Notes: generated from the sequence alone by a model not told the origin. A stretch of DNA of 64,000 nt from Comamonas sp. lk (GCA_945925985.1 CAMELV010000009.1:2569-66568); one strand, 5' to 3'. Counted from the stretch's first letter, positions 10,568 to 19,746 are shown. Program-made: numbers and translations.

Positions 10568-11575
10568 ATGCACCAACTCCGGAAACCCTACCTGTTGTTC
10601 CTGGGCGATGTCGACCTCAAGTCAGACGCCAAGACGGCTTTTGGCCTGCGCGACTGGTGCCGCAACGATGTCATGGGCGAGTGGTCTCTGCCGGCGGCCA
10701 CGGTGTCGCTGGACCTGCCGCGTCACAGCCCGTCACAAGCCGCGGCTTTGGGCGCCGGCTCGATCGTCGTTGGGGTGGCCGCGGTAGGCGGGGTCTTGCC
10801 CGCCCACTGGCTGCCCGAGCTTGAAGCCGCCCTGGATGCTGGCATGGACGTGGTCAGTGGCCTGCATTCCCGGCTGGCGTCATTTCCCGCCCTGGTGCAG
10901 GCCGCGCAGCGGGGTGGTGGCCAGCTGCACGATGTGCGGCATTCCGACCAGGTGTTTGCCGCCGGTACGGGTCGCAAGCGCAGCGGTCAGAGGGTGCTGA
11001 CCGTCGGCACGGACTGCGCGCTGGGTAAAAAGTACACGGCGCTGGCCCTGACCCGCGCCCTCACGGCGCGTGGCGTGCCGGCGACCTTTCGGGCGACTGG
11101 CCAGACCGGCATCATGATCGCCGGGGCGGGTGTCGCGGTGGACGCTGTGATCGCCGATTTCATCGCCGGCGCGGCGGAGGCCCTGTCGCCCGACAACGCC
11201 GCCAACCACTGGGACGTGATCGAGGGCCAGGGGGCTCTTTTTCACCCGGCTTATGCCGGGGTCACGCTGGGCCTGGTGCATGGTTCACAACCCGATGCCT
11301 TGGTGCTCTGCCACGACCCGTCCCGCGACACCGTGGAGGGCTACCCCGACTGTCCCATTCCTGATCTCCAGCACGCGATCGACCGTTACCTAGAGGCGGC
11401 CCGCCTGACCAACCGGCAGGTGCGTTGCGTGGGGGTGAGCATCAACTCGTCGTCCCTCACGGATGCCCAGTGGCAAGCCTATGCGGCGGGTGTTGGACTC
11501 AAGCTGGGCTTGCCGGTGGTAGACCCGATGCGCGGTGGTGTTGACGCGCTGGCCGACGCCCTGCTGGCCCGATGA
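10568..11575 (+). CDS. DUF1611 family protein (DgcN-like)
   Basis: The N-terminus MHQLRKPYLLFLGDV...AKTAFGLRDW matches the DUF1611 pattern. Its stop overlaps the downstream epimerase start by 4 nt. Confidence 0.6.
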   Translation: MHQLRKPYLLFLGDVDLKSDAKTAFGLRDWCRNDVMGEWSLPAATVSLDLPRHSPSQAAALGAGSIVVGVAAVGGVLPAHWLPELEAALDAGMDVVSGLHSRLASFPALVQAAQRGGGQLHDVRHSDQVFAAGTGRKRSGQRVLTVGTDCALGKKYTALALTRALTARGVPATFRATGQTGIMIAGAGVAVDAVIADFIAGAAEALSPDNAANHWDVIEGQGALFHPAYAGVTLGLVHGSQPDALVLCHDPSRDTVEGYPDCPIPDLQHAIDRYLEAARLTNRQVRCVGVSINSSSLTDAQWQAYAAGVGLKLGLPVVDPMRGGVDALADALLAR

Positions 11576-12555
11576 TCAACTGCCGCACGAGCATCGAACA
11601 CTGGGCGATGACCGAGCCCTTCGAGATTGCACGCGAGGTTATCACCGACCTGCCGGTGCTGATGCTGGGCTTGGCTGACGAGCAGGGGCATGCTGGCCGT
11701 GCCGAGGCAGCCGGGGTCGACTATGACGGCGAGACGCCACACAGCATGGCCGGACAAATCGCCGGTGTGCTTGACCAGCTGCACGACACCCTCAACGGCG
11801 CCGACCTGATGCGCCTATTGCCGGCGGGCGGCGCCCGCAATGCGCTGGACTGCGCCCTGTGGGACTTGCGTGCCAAGCAGACGGGCGTGCCGGCCTGGCG
11901 CCAGGCCGGTCTTGCCGGGCTGAAACCGGTGATCACGGCCTATACCATCGGCCTGGGCGACGAGGCCACCACCCGGCGCAAGTTGCGGGCCGCCCGCCAG
12001 TACCCACTGCTCAAGCTCAAGGTCGATGCGCAGCGCCATGTCGACATCGTCCGAATGGCGCGTCAGGAGCACCCGCAGGCACGAGTCATGGTCGACGCCA
12101 ACCAGGCCTGGACTCGCTCGTTGCTGCTGGCGCTGCTGCCCGAGCTGGCAGCACTGGGTGTCGAACTGGTGGAGCAACCCCTGCCACGCGGCCAGGACGC
12201 CGAGCTTGACGGTCTGGTCTCCCCGATTCCGCTGGCGGCTGACGAATCCTGCACCGACAGCAGTTCGCTGGCGCACCTGGTCGGCCGTTACCAGTACATC
12301 ACGATCAAACTCGACAAATGCGGCGGCCTGACCGAAGCCCTGGCCATGGCCGATGCCGCCGAGCAACGCGGCCTGGGGCTCATGGTGGGCAATATGTGTG
12401 GCACCTCGCTGGCCATGGCGCCGGCCTTCCTGGTGGCGCAACGCTGCCGCTATGTGGACTTGGATGGCCCCCTGCTGCAGCAACTCGACCGTGCGACGCC
12501 GATGCACTTTCACGACGGCCTGATCGAGCCGCCAACCGCCGCCCTCTGGGGCTGA
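11572..12555 (+). CDS. Enolase-superfamily dipeptide epimerase / N-acyl amino acid racemase (DgcA-like)
   Basis: The layout is MR/MLE-like (LKLKVD...VDANQAW...VEQPLP...DES...KLDKCGG). Confidence 0.7.
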   Translation: MINCRTSIEHWAMTEPFEIAREVITDLPVLMLGLADEQGHAGRAEAAGVDYDGETPHSMAGQIAGVLDQLHDTLNGADLMRLLPAGGARNALDCALWDLRAKQTGVPAWRQAGLAGLKPVITAYTIGLGDEATTRRKLRAARQYPLLKLKVDAQRHVDIVRMARQEHPQARVMVDANQAWTRSLLLALLPELAALGVELVEQPLPRGQDAELDGLVSPIPLAADESCTDSSSLAHLVGRYQYITIKLDKCGGLTEALAMADAAEQRGLGLMVGNMCGTSLAMAPAFLVAQRCRYVDLDGPLLQQLDRATPMHFHDGLIEPPTAALWG

Positions 12556-12613
12556 GCGCTGCCTCGGCCTCTGGCCCGAGGGTGCTGACCGCGAACTGCC
12601 GCAAAATCTCGGT

Positions 12614-14491
12614 ATGCATTTAATTCGATCTCCCCTCCAAGCGCAAATTGTTCAATGGCTGGTGCAGCCCGGCGACCTGGTTCAGGCCGGTGCGCTGCTG
12701 GTGGTGCTGGAAGCCATGAAGATGGAGCACGAACTGCGCGCACCCTGCGCCGGTCGGGTCATTGCGCTGCTGCGCGAAACCGGTGAAGGGGTGGCAGAAG
12801 GCGATGTGCTACTGAATATAGAGCAAACTATTCAATCAGGGCAAGGGCTAGAGGCCAAAAACGCTCAAAGTTTTTCAGACAGTCCACCAGGTCTTACCAC
12901 GCCTGCCCCGGTTGCCCCGTCTGCCGTGAGGCCCGACCTGCTGCGCCTGCAGCAGCGCCAGGCGCTGACGCTGGACGCCAGCCGGCCCGAGGCCATGGCC
13001 AAGCGCCACGCGCTGGGCCTGCGCAGCGCCCGCGAGAACATCGCCGACCTGTGTGACCCGGGCAGCTTTGTCGAGTACGGCGCGTTGGCAGTGGCGGCCC
13101 AGCGCAGCCGGCGCAGTGAAGACGACCTGCAGCGCAACACCCCAGCCGACGGCATGGTGACCGGCATCGGCAGCATCAACCAGGCGCAATTCGGCCCTGA
13201 TGCCGCCCGCGCCGTGGTGATGGCCTACGACGCCACCGTGCTGGCCGGCACCCAGGGTATGCGCAACCACCAAAAAACCGACCGCCTGCTGGGCCTGGCG
13301 CTGCAGCAGCAACTGCCGGTGGTGCTGTTTGCCGAGGGCGGTGGCGGCCGCCCGGGCGACGTCGACATGCCCATCGTGGCCGGCCTGCACGTGGCCACCT
13401 TTGCCAGCTTTGCCCGCCTGAACGGCCGGGTGCCGGTGCTGGCCATCGTGGCCGGGCGCTGCTTTGCCGGCAATGCCGCGCTGGCCGGCTGCGCCGACGT
13501 GATCATCGCCACCCGCGGCAGCAACCTCGGCATGGGCGGCCCGGCCATGGTCGAAGGGGGTGGCCTGGGCGTGTTCCGCCCGGAGCAGATTGGCCCGAGC
13601 GCGGTGCAGCATGCCAACGGCGTGATTGATATCTTGGTGGACGACGAGGCGTCGGCCGTGGCAGCGGCGCGGCATTACCTGTCATTCTTTCAGGGCCGCT
13701 TGAGCTTTGACGCACACGCCGACGCAGCGCCCGCACCGGACCCGCAGGCGCTGCGCACCCTGGTGCCCGAGAACCGGCTGCGGGTGTACGACAGCCGGGC
13801 TGCCATTCACGGCATTGCCGATACCGGCAGCGTGCTGATGTTGCGCGAGGGTTTTGGCGCCGGCGTCCACACCGCGCTGGCGCGCATCGGTGGACGGCCG
13901 CTGGGCATTCTGGCCAACAACCCGCTGCACCTGGGCGGCGCCATCGACGCCGCAGCCGCCGACAAGGCCGCGCGCTTCATGCAGCTGTGCAATGCGCACG
14001 ACCTGCCGTTGCTGAGCCTGGTGGACACACCCGGTTTCATGGTCGGGCCCGACACCGAGGCGCAGGCGCAGGTGCGCCATGTCAGCCGGCTGTTCATTGC
14101 TGCGGCCCACCTGCGGGTGCCGTTTTTCAGTGTGGTGCTGCGCAAGGGCTACGGCCTGGGCGCCATGGCCATGTGCGCTGGCGGCTTCCACGCACCCCAT
14201 TTCACCGTGGCTTGGCCCACCGGTGAGTTTGGCGCCATGGGGCTGGAGGGCGCGGTGCGCCTGGGTTACCGCAAGGAGCTCGAAGCCCAGCCGGCCGGTG
14301 CCGCGCGCGAGGCGCTGTTTCAGCAGCTGCTGGCGCAGGAATACGCCAAGGGCAGCGCCCTGAACATGGCCGCCACGCTGGAAATTGACGCCGTGATTGA
14401 CCCAGCTGACACGCGTGACTGGGTGCAGAAGGGTTTGCAGGGGCAGCCAGCGCTCAGGTCTGGTTACCAACTGGCGATCGACAGCTGGTAG
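12614..14491 (+). CDS. Biotinyl (BCCP) domain fused to acyl-CoA carboxyltransferase domain
   Basis: The N-terminal ~70 aa carry the EAMKME biotinylation motif. The rest resembles a carboxyltransferase beta subunit (AYDATVLAGTQG, FAEGGGGRPGD, DTPGFMVGP). Confidence 0.75.
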   Translation: MHLIRSPLQAQIVQWLVQPGDLVQAGALLVVLEAMKMEHELRAPCAGRVIALLRETGEGVAEGDVLLNIEQTIQSGQGLEAKNAQSFSDSPPGLTTPAPVAPSAVRPDLLRLQQRQALTLDASRPEAMAKRHALGLRSARENIADLCDPGSFVEYGALAVAAQRSRRSEDDLQRNTPADGMVTGIGSINQAQFGPDAARAVVMAYDATVLAGTQGMRNHQKTDRLLGLALQQQLPVVLFAEGGGGRPGDVDMPIVAGLHVATFASFARLNGRVPVLAIVAGRCFAGNAALAGCADVIIATRGSNLGMGGPAMVEGGGLGVFRPEQIGPSAVQHANGVIDILVDDEASAVAAARHYLSFFQGRLSFDAHADAAPAPDPQALRTLVPENRLRVYDSRAAIHGIADTGSVLMLREGFGAGVHTALARIGGRPLGILANNPLHLGGAIDAAAADKAARFMQLCNAHDLPLLSLVDTPGFMVGPDTEAQAQVRHVSRLFIAAAHLRVPFFSVVLRKGYGLGAMAMCAGGFHAPHFTVAWPTGEFGAMGLEGAVRLGYRKELEAQPAGAAREALFQQLLAQEYAKGSALNMAATLEIDAVIDPADTRDWVQKGLQGQPALRSGYQLAIDSW

Positions 14492-14521
14492 GCTGGCGGC
14501 AGACCTGGGCCAGACCAATGC

Positions 14522-14818
14522 CTACGGCGCATCGAGGTCCAGCAATGCCATCCCCGCCCAACGCAACGCGCCTTTGTCAAAGCTCACCGTGTGGCTGCAG
14601 CCCAGGGCCTGGCCGATGTGGGTGATCAGCACGTCGGCAAGGCCAGCGCTGGCCTTGGGGCTTTGGCGCAAGGCGTGGACAGCCGCTTGCACCGATAGGT
14701 GGTGTTCCAGTTGCAAATGGCGGCTGCGCAGCAGGTCGTCGATCAAGTCCAGCAGCTCTGACGGAGTCACGCGGTACAGACTCTGCAATGCCCAGCACAA
14801 CTCCATCAACACCACCAC
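14522..14818 (-). pseudogene. PIN-domain (VapC-like) toxin remnant lacking the N-terminal ~35 aa
   Basis: VLMELCWAL...GLADVLI...SFDKGA matches the central and C-terminal acidic positions of PIN toxins. The N-terminal D(T/S)N motif segment is absent. Confidence 0.5.
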
Positions 14819-14937
14819 GCTGATGCCTGTTGTGCAATGGTTTGATCTATGGCGGCCAGGCTCACGGGCTTGCGCACCCGGCCTGCAAACCGGCCCTTGA
14901 GCGCTCCGCTGCTGTCTTGCAGTGCGGTGACCCGCAT
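14806..14937 (-). pseudogene. AbrB-type antitoxin C-terminal remnant
   Basis: The 43-codon ORF ...GALKGRFAGRVRKPVSLAAIDQTIAQQ resembles the tail of AbrB/SpoVT-type VapB antitoxins. The DNA-binding N-terminal half is missing. Confidence 0.35.
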
Positions 14938-14952
14938 GCCCGCGCCGTCTTG

Positions 14953-14986
14953 TAAAAAAGCAAGGCGGTGCACCAACCGCCTTGCT
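14953..14986 (-). terminator. Rho-independent terminator-like hairpin (minus-strand orientation)
   Basis: The 10-bp stem is AGCAAGGCGG/CCGCCTTGCT with an 8-nt loop. It is followed by a T-run on the minus strand. Confidence 0.5.
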
Positions 14987-15155
14987 TTGCTGACGATGCA
15001 GTTCATTGTGGCCGTGTCCAGAAAGCTCGGATTGTCGGGACCAGAGTGCGCGAAAAAGGCGGGTTGCAGTTCGTCAAGGCGAGCACAAAAACACTTCATA
15101 TCTCTGTCACAAAACAAAGTTCCACTTCTGTTTTTGTAACCAAATGGAGAGTGCA

Positions 15156-17153
15156 ATGTCCTTCAAATTGAAATCTGCATGGGCCGCACGCGCCGCCCTG
15201 CTTTCGACCGCGATACTCGGGCTTGCAGCTTGTGGTGGAGGCAGCTATGGACCGGCGTTCACCATGCAGTTGCTGCATGTGTCAGACGCCGACGGTTCAG
15301 ACCAAACCACGCTCAACTCCGTGGCCAATCTCTCAGGACTGGTCACCAAATTCAAGGCTGATTACCCCAACAACACGTTGGTGCTCAGTTCCGGCGACAA
15401 CTACATTCCCGGCCCTCGCTTTAATGCCGCCAATGACAGCAGCTTGACCACTCTGTTAGGCGTAGCAGAAGTAGGCCGTGGGGACATTGCTTTTCTTAAC
15501 GCCATGGGCGTTCAGGCCTCTGTCATCGGCAACCATGAACTCGATCTGGGTCCCAAGCAGTTTGCAGACCTCATCAAGACCAGCGGGACATGGAAGGGTG
15601 CGCAATTTCCGTATTTGGCCTACAACGTCGACTTCACGAAAGACAGCAATACCAGCGGATCGAAGGTTGCCAATGGGCTGGACGCTTCGGGTCTGACCGG
15701 CGGCAAGCTCGCTGGATGGACCAAAATCGTGGTGGCTGGCGAAACCATTGGTGTGATCGGCGCAAGCTCCCCCGTCTTTAAAAACATCACCACCACAGGC
15801 GGACTGGAGTTCACACCCACTTTGACCGGCACAGAACCCAACATTGACACGCTTGCTGCCGAGATACAAAAAGGCGTTGATGAAATGACAGCCGCAGGCA
15901 TCAACAAAGTGGTGTTGCTGGCCCACATGCAAACCATCGCTACCGAGAAAGCACTCGCCACCAAACTCAAGAATGTGGACATCATTGTGGCTGGGGGCTC
16001 CAACACCCTACTGACGGACGAGACCGACACCGTTCGTGCCGGTGACGCCTCAGCGGGCGTTTACCCGTTTCAAACTACCAGCGCCTCAGGCGAGCCAGTG
16101 GTGGTGGTCAATGTGGATGCCGACTACAAATACCTGGGCCGCTTTATCGCGCCGTTTGACGCCAAGGGCGTACTCTTGCCCGGTGGCTTCAACACCACGC
16201 TGTCTGGCGCCTGGAAAACCAGCGAGACCGACGATACCGCAGGCGGTGTCACGCCCAACAGCACAGTTCAAGCTATCCGCGATGCGTTGAAAAGCGTGCT
16301 TGTTGCCAAGGACGGTACCTCCTTTGGAAAGACCAGTGTGTTCTTGGAAGGCCGTCGCACCGCAGTTCGCAATCAAGAAACCAATTTCGGCAACATGACC
16401 GCCGATGCCAACCTGTGGTACGCAAAGTTGTATGACACCACAGCACAAATCTCGCTGAAAAATGGCGGCGGTATTCGCTCGGAGATTGGTGAGGTTGTAG
16501 CTGCTCCAGGTGCCATTTCGGTGGCCAGCCTTGAGCCACCCAAAGCCAATGCCAGCGCCAACAGAAAAGCGGGCGAAGTGTCGCAGCTCGCAATCGAAAC
16601 TGCGCTGAAGTTCAACAACAAGCTATGGGTTTTTGACGTTACCGCAACGCAACTGAAGTCGCTTTTGGAGCATGGTGTTGCGACGCTGGGAAGCCAAGGG
16701 CGCTTCCCCCAAGTCGGTGGTTTGAGCTTCAGCTACGACCCCAGCAAAACTGCCCAAGCGCTTGACGCCAATTTTGTTGTAACAACCGAAGGCCAGCGCA
16801 TTCGCTCGCTCAAAGTTGGCAACGATGTGGTGGTCAGCAACGGGGTAATCATTGGCGATGGCAACAGAAACTTCCGACTCGTGACGCTTAGTTTCCTGGC
16901 CGGTCGAGGCGATGGCTACCCCTTTCCTTCTGTCCTGCCGAACAAAACAGACTTGACCACCACAATGACCAGTGCAACTGCAGGCGGTGCAGCCAGCACA
17001 AGCACAGCCACCCTCGGCAGTGAGCAAGATGCATTCATGAAATATATGAAGTCGCAATACGGCACAAATGCCTACAACACGCCAGATACAGCAGAGGCCG
17101 CAGACCTGCGTATCCAGAATCTATCAGCGCGTACCGATAAGGTGCTTCCCTGA
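15156..17153 (+). CDS. 5'-nucleotidase / metallophosphatase lipoprotein (UshA-like)
   Basis: The ATG at 15156 lies 5 nt after GGAGA. The lipobox is LGLAAC. Metallophosphatase motifs (SGDNY, GNHELD) are followed by a 5'-nucleotidase C-terminal-like region. GC content is visibly lower than in neighbouring genes. Confidence 0.8.
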   Translation: MSFKLKSAWAARAALLSTAILGLAACGGGSYGPAFTMQLLHVSDADGSDQTTLNSVANLSGLVTKFKADYPNNTLVLSSGDNYIPGPRFNAANDSSLTTLLGVAEVGRGDIAFLNAMGVQASVIGNHELDLGPKQFADLIKTSGTWKGAQFPYLAYNVDFTKDSNTSGSKVANGLDASGLTGGKLAGWTKIVVAGETIGVIGASSPVFKNITTTGGLEFTPTLTGTEPNIDTLAAEIQKGVDEMTAAGINKVVLLAHMQTIATEKALATKLKNVDIIVAGGSNTLLTDETDTVRAGDASAGVYPFQTTSASGEPVVVVNVDADYKYLGRFIAPFDAKGVLLPGGFNTTLSGAWKTSETDDTAGGVTPNSTVQAIRDALKSVLVAKDGTSFGKTSVFLEGRRTAVRNQETNFGNMTADANLWYAKLYDTTAQISLKNGGGIRSEIGEVVAAPGAISVASLEPPKANASANRKAGEVSQLAIETALKFNNKLWVFDVTATQLKSLLEHGVATLGSQGRFPQVGGLSFSYDPSKTAQALDANFVVTTEGQRIRSLKVGNDVVVSNGVIIGDGNRNFRLVTLSFLAGRGDGYPFPSVLPNKTDLTTTMTSATAGGAASTSTATLGSEQDAFMKYMKSQYGTNAYNTPDTAEAADLRIQNLSARTDKVLP

Positions 17154-17208
17154 GCAAGCTGCGCTTGGGCATCCCGCCCAAGCAGGTGAACACGAACTTC
17201 TCTTTGTA

Positions 17209-17234
17209 GGCCCGCCAAACTGGCGGGCTTTTTT
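17209..17234 (+). terminator. Rho-independent terminator
   Basis: Stem GGCCCGCCA, loop aac, stem TGGCGGGC, followed by TTTTTT. Confidence 0.75.
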
Positions 17235-17373
17235 ACTCCTCGATTTTTTGGTGTCCAGATCTGGATGATCAAGATGATTCAGTTATTCATGTAAGGAAAT
17301 TGAACCGCATGAAGTCCGCGTGCTGGGGAGATGTGTGGAGGGTCAGAATCTGTCTTGATATTTGGGGGCTTGT

Positions 17374-17595
17374 GCCATGGTCGGCCTGGGCGTGTTCCGC
17401 ACGGAGCAGATCGGCCCCAGCGCCATGAAGCTCGCCAGCGAGTTCGGCGCCAAGGGCAGCGCCCTGAACATGGCCGCCACGCTGGAGATCGACGCCGTGA
17501 TCGACCCAGCCGACACCCGTGACTGGGTGCAAAAGGGCTTGCAGGGGCAACCAGCTGTCCGGCTGCCCGGCGTCCTGATGGTGGATGCTTGGTGA
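17374..17595 (+). pseudogene. Decayed fragment of a carboxyltransferase gene (copy of parts of 12614..14491)
   Basis: 17374-17430 matches ~13545-13610. 17448-17595 matches 14345-14491, with 8 mismatches in the first ~106 nt by hand count. About 720 nt of the gene are missing between the two pieces. Confidence 0.75.
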
Positions 17596-17672
17596 GCCGA
17601 CGCGGCCAGGGTATGGGTTTGCGTCAATAATCAGCGCACCCCAAGCTCGCGCCAACCTGACCTGAGACCGAC

Positions 17673-18551
17673 ATGTCCGACCCTGCCGCCTACACCCCCC
17701 CGACCATCTGGCAATGGCAAAAACCCAACGGCGGGCGTTTCGCCCACATCAACCGCCCGGTGGCAGGTGCCACCCACGAGCAGGCCCTGCCGGTTGGCCG
17801 CCATCCGCTGCAGCTGTACTCTTTGGGAACGCCCAACGGCGTCAAGGTGACGATATTGCTGGAGGAACTGCTGGCACTGGGCCACAGCGGCGCCGAGTAC
17901 GACGCCTGGCTGATCCGCATTCACGAAGGTCAACAGTTTGGCAGCGGGTTCGTGGCGGCCAACCCCAACTCCAAAATTCCGGCTCTGATGGACCACAGCG
18001 CTGCCACGCCGCGCCGGGTGTTTGAGTCCGGCGCCATCCTGCTTTACCTAGCCGAAAAATTTGACGCCTTTCTGTCGCACGACCCTGATGTGCGCGCAGA
18101 AACGTTGAACTGGATGTTCTGGCAGATGGGTGCGGCGCCTTTGCTAGGCGGTGGCTTCGGCCACTTCTATGCCTATGCACCGACCCGCATCGAGTACGCC
18201 ATCGACCGCTTTACCATGGAGATCAAACGCCAGATGGATGTGCTGGATCAGCACCTGGCCGAGCACGAGTTCATGGCCGGTGCCGAGTACTCCATTGCCG
18301 ACATGGCCATCTGGCCCTGGTACGGTGCCCTGGCCAAGGGGCTGCTGTACGAGGCGGGTGAATTTCTGCAAGTCCAGACCTACCAGCACCTGAACCGCTG
18401 GGCCGAGCAGATTCTGGCCCGCCCGGCCGTGCGCCGGGGCCGCATGGTCAACCGGGTGATGGGTGACCCGGCCAGCCAGTTGCACGAGCGCCATGAAGCC
18501 AGCGACTTCGACACCCGCACCCAGGACAAGCTAGCGGCAGCAAAAGCCTGA
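17673..18551 (+). CDS. yghU: Glutathione S-transferase-like disulfide reductase (YghU family)
   Basis: NINRPVAGATHEQALPVGRHPLQLYSLGTPNGVKVTILLEELL is nearly the E. coli YghU N-terminal pattern. Confidence 0.85.
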   Translation: MSDPAAYTPPTIWQWQKPNGGRFAHINRPVAGATHEQALPVGRHPLQLYSLGTPNGVKVTILLEELLALGHSGAEYDAWLIRIHEGQQFGSGFVAANPNSKIPALMDHSAATPRRVFESGAILLYLAEKFDAFLSHDPDVRAETLNWMFWQMGAAPLLGGGFGHFYAYAPTRIEYAIDRFTMEIKRQMDVLDQHLAEHEFMAGAEYSIADMAIWPWYGALAKGLLYEAGEFLQVQTYQHLNRWAEQILARPAVRRGRMVNRVMGDPASQLHERHEASDFDTRTQDKLAAAKA

Positions 18552-18563
18552 TCGCCTGTCTGA

Positions 18564-19739
18564 CTAAGCCTGCGCCAGTATTTCGGCCAACGCTTGTAAG
18601 CCGATGGCTTGTGCACCATGGCGCAGGGGGATGCGCTCCAGCCCCGGGTAGACCAGGTAGCGATGGGCAATCTTCAGGTCGTCGCAGGCCACGGAAAAAC
18701 CTTTGTCGGGGCTGGGTGCCATAGAGCGCTTCACCTCAATGGCGATCTCAGGTTTGCCGCCTTTTTCCAGCACCAGATCAATTTCTGCCCCAACATGGGT
18801 ACGGTAGAAGGAGGGCACGTGGCGCTTGCCTGAGGCCTGGATCAGGTTGTCGATGCAATGGCCCTCGAAGCTGTGGCCACAGACCGGATGGCCTAGCAAA
18901 TCATTCACGGTTTCCAGCTCCAGCAGGCCGTGCAGCAGGCCGCTGTCGCGCACGTACACCTTGGGCGACTTGACCAGCCGTTTGCCCAGGTTGCCGCCCC
19001 AAGGGCGCAGGCGCCGCACCAATTGCAGATCTACCAGCAGGTCGATATAGCGGTCTATGGTGGGGTTGGCTACGCCCAACGCGCTGGCGATGCGTGCCTG
19101 GTTGAGCACGCTGCCTTGGTTGTGCGCCAGCATGGTCCACAGGCGGCCAATCGTCTCTGCCGGCAAACGGGGCGCGAACATGGGCACGTCACGCTCCAGG
19201 TAGCTGCGGATGAAGTCGCGCCGCCAGTCCAGGCTTCGGGTGTCGTCAGCCGCCAGCAGGCTGTCAGGAAAGCCACCACGCAGCCACAGGGTGCTGTCGG
19301 CAATGCCCGCCGCAGTGGCCTCACCGATGCTCAAGGGTGCCAGGTCGATGTAGGCCACGCGCCCAGCCAGGGTTTCGCTGCTTTGTCGCATCAGCTCAAG
19401 GGCTGCCGAGCCCAGCAGCAAAAACTGGCCGCTGCGAATTCCGGCTTGCCGGTTGTCGTCGATGATGCCGCGCAAAATTTCAAACACGCCAGGCGCACGG
19501 TGGATTTCGTCCAATATCACGAGTTTGCCCTGCTGAGCGCGCAAGTAGGTGTCGGCGTCGTCCAGGCGCAGGCGGTCGGCAGGGCGCTCCAAGTCCAAAT
19601 ACACCGCGCCGCCGGGCCAGTCTTTGGCAAGGGTGCGGGCCAAGGTGGTTTTGCCCACTTGGCGGGGCCCCAGCAGCACCACAGCAGGGACTTGCAGCAG
19701 CGTTTGACGGACAGTAGATTCGAATTGGCGGCTTATCAT
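18564..19739 (-). CDS. AAA+ ATPase with DUF4143 C-terminal domain
   Basis: The P-loop is GPRQVGKTT. Length and C-terminal region are typical of the AAA_14/DUF4143 family. Confidence 0.8.
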   Translation of the reverse strand: MISRQFESTVRQTLLQVPAVVLLGPRQVGKTTLARTLAKDWPGGAVYLDLERPADRLRLDDADTYLRAQQGKLVILDEIHRAPGVFEILRGIIDDNRQAGIRSGQFLLLGSAALELMRQSSETLAGRVAYIDLAPLSIGEATAAGIADSTLWLRGGFPDSLLAADDTRSLDWRRDFIRSYLERDVPMFAPRLPAETIGRLWTMLAHNQGSVLNQARIASALGVANPTIDRYIDLLVDLQLVRRLRPWGGNLGKRLVKSPKVYVRDSGLLHGLLELETVNDLLGHPVCGHSFEGHCIDNLIQASGKRHVPSFYRTHVGAEIDLVLEKGGKPEIAIEVKRSMAPSPDKGFSVACDDLKIAHRYLVYPGLERIPLRHGAQAIGLQALAEILAQA

Positions 19740-19746
19740 TATTGAA

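Noticed and set aside
12811-12895. Apparent similarity between the AT-rich patches in the carboxylase linker and in waaF (49531-49575) and the intergenic repeat at 36481-36545. They share ATATAG/ATTTAG, ~25 nt, CTAGAG(G)CC.
   Set aside because: The shared words are only 6-9 nt, which is near chance expectation in 64 kb on both strands. The waaF patch also encodes conserved residues. This is not enough to call a dispersed repeat family.
15080-15125. A possible Pho box (CTGTCAC) upstream of the 5'-nucleotidase gene.
   Set aside because: Only one good 7-mer half-site is present. The expected second CTGTCAT-like repeat 11 bp away is poor, and no convincing -10 follows.
17236-17373. An AT-rich spacer containing the CCAGATCTGG palindrome after the nucleotidase terminator, considered as a possible mobile-element end.
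   Set aside because: There is no matching inverted or direct copy at the other side of the insertion (about 14.5-15.0 kb), so I cannot support calling it an element terminus.
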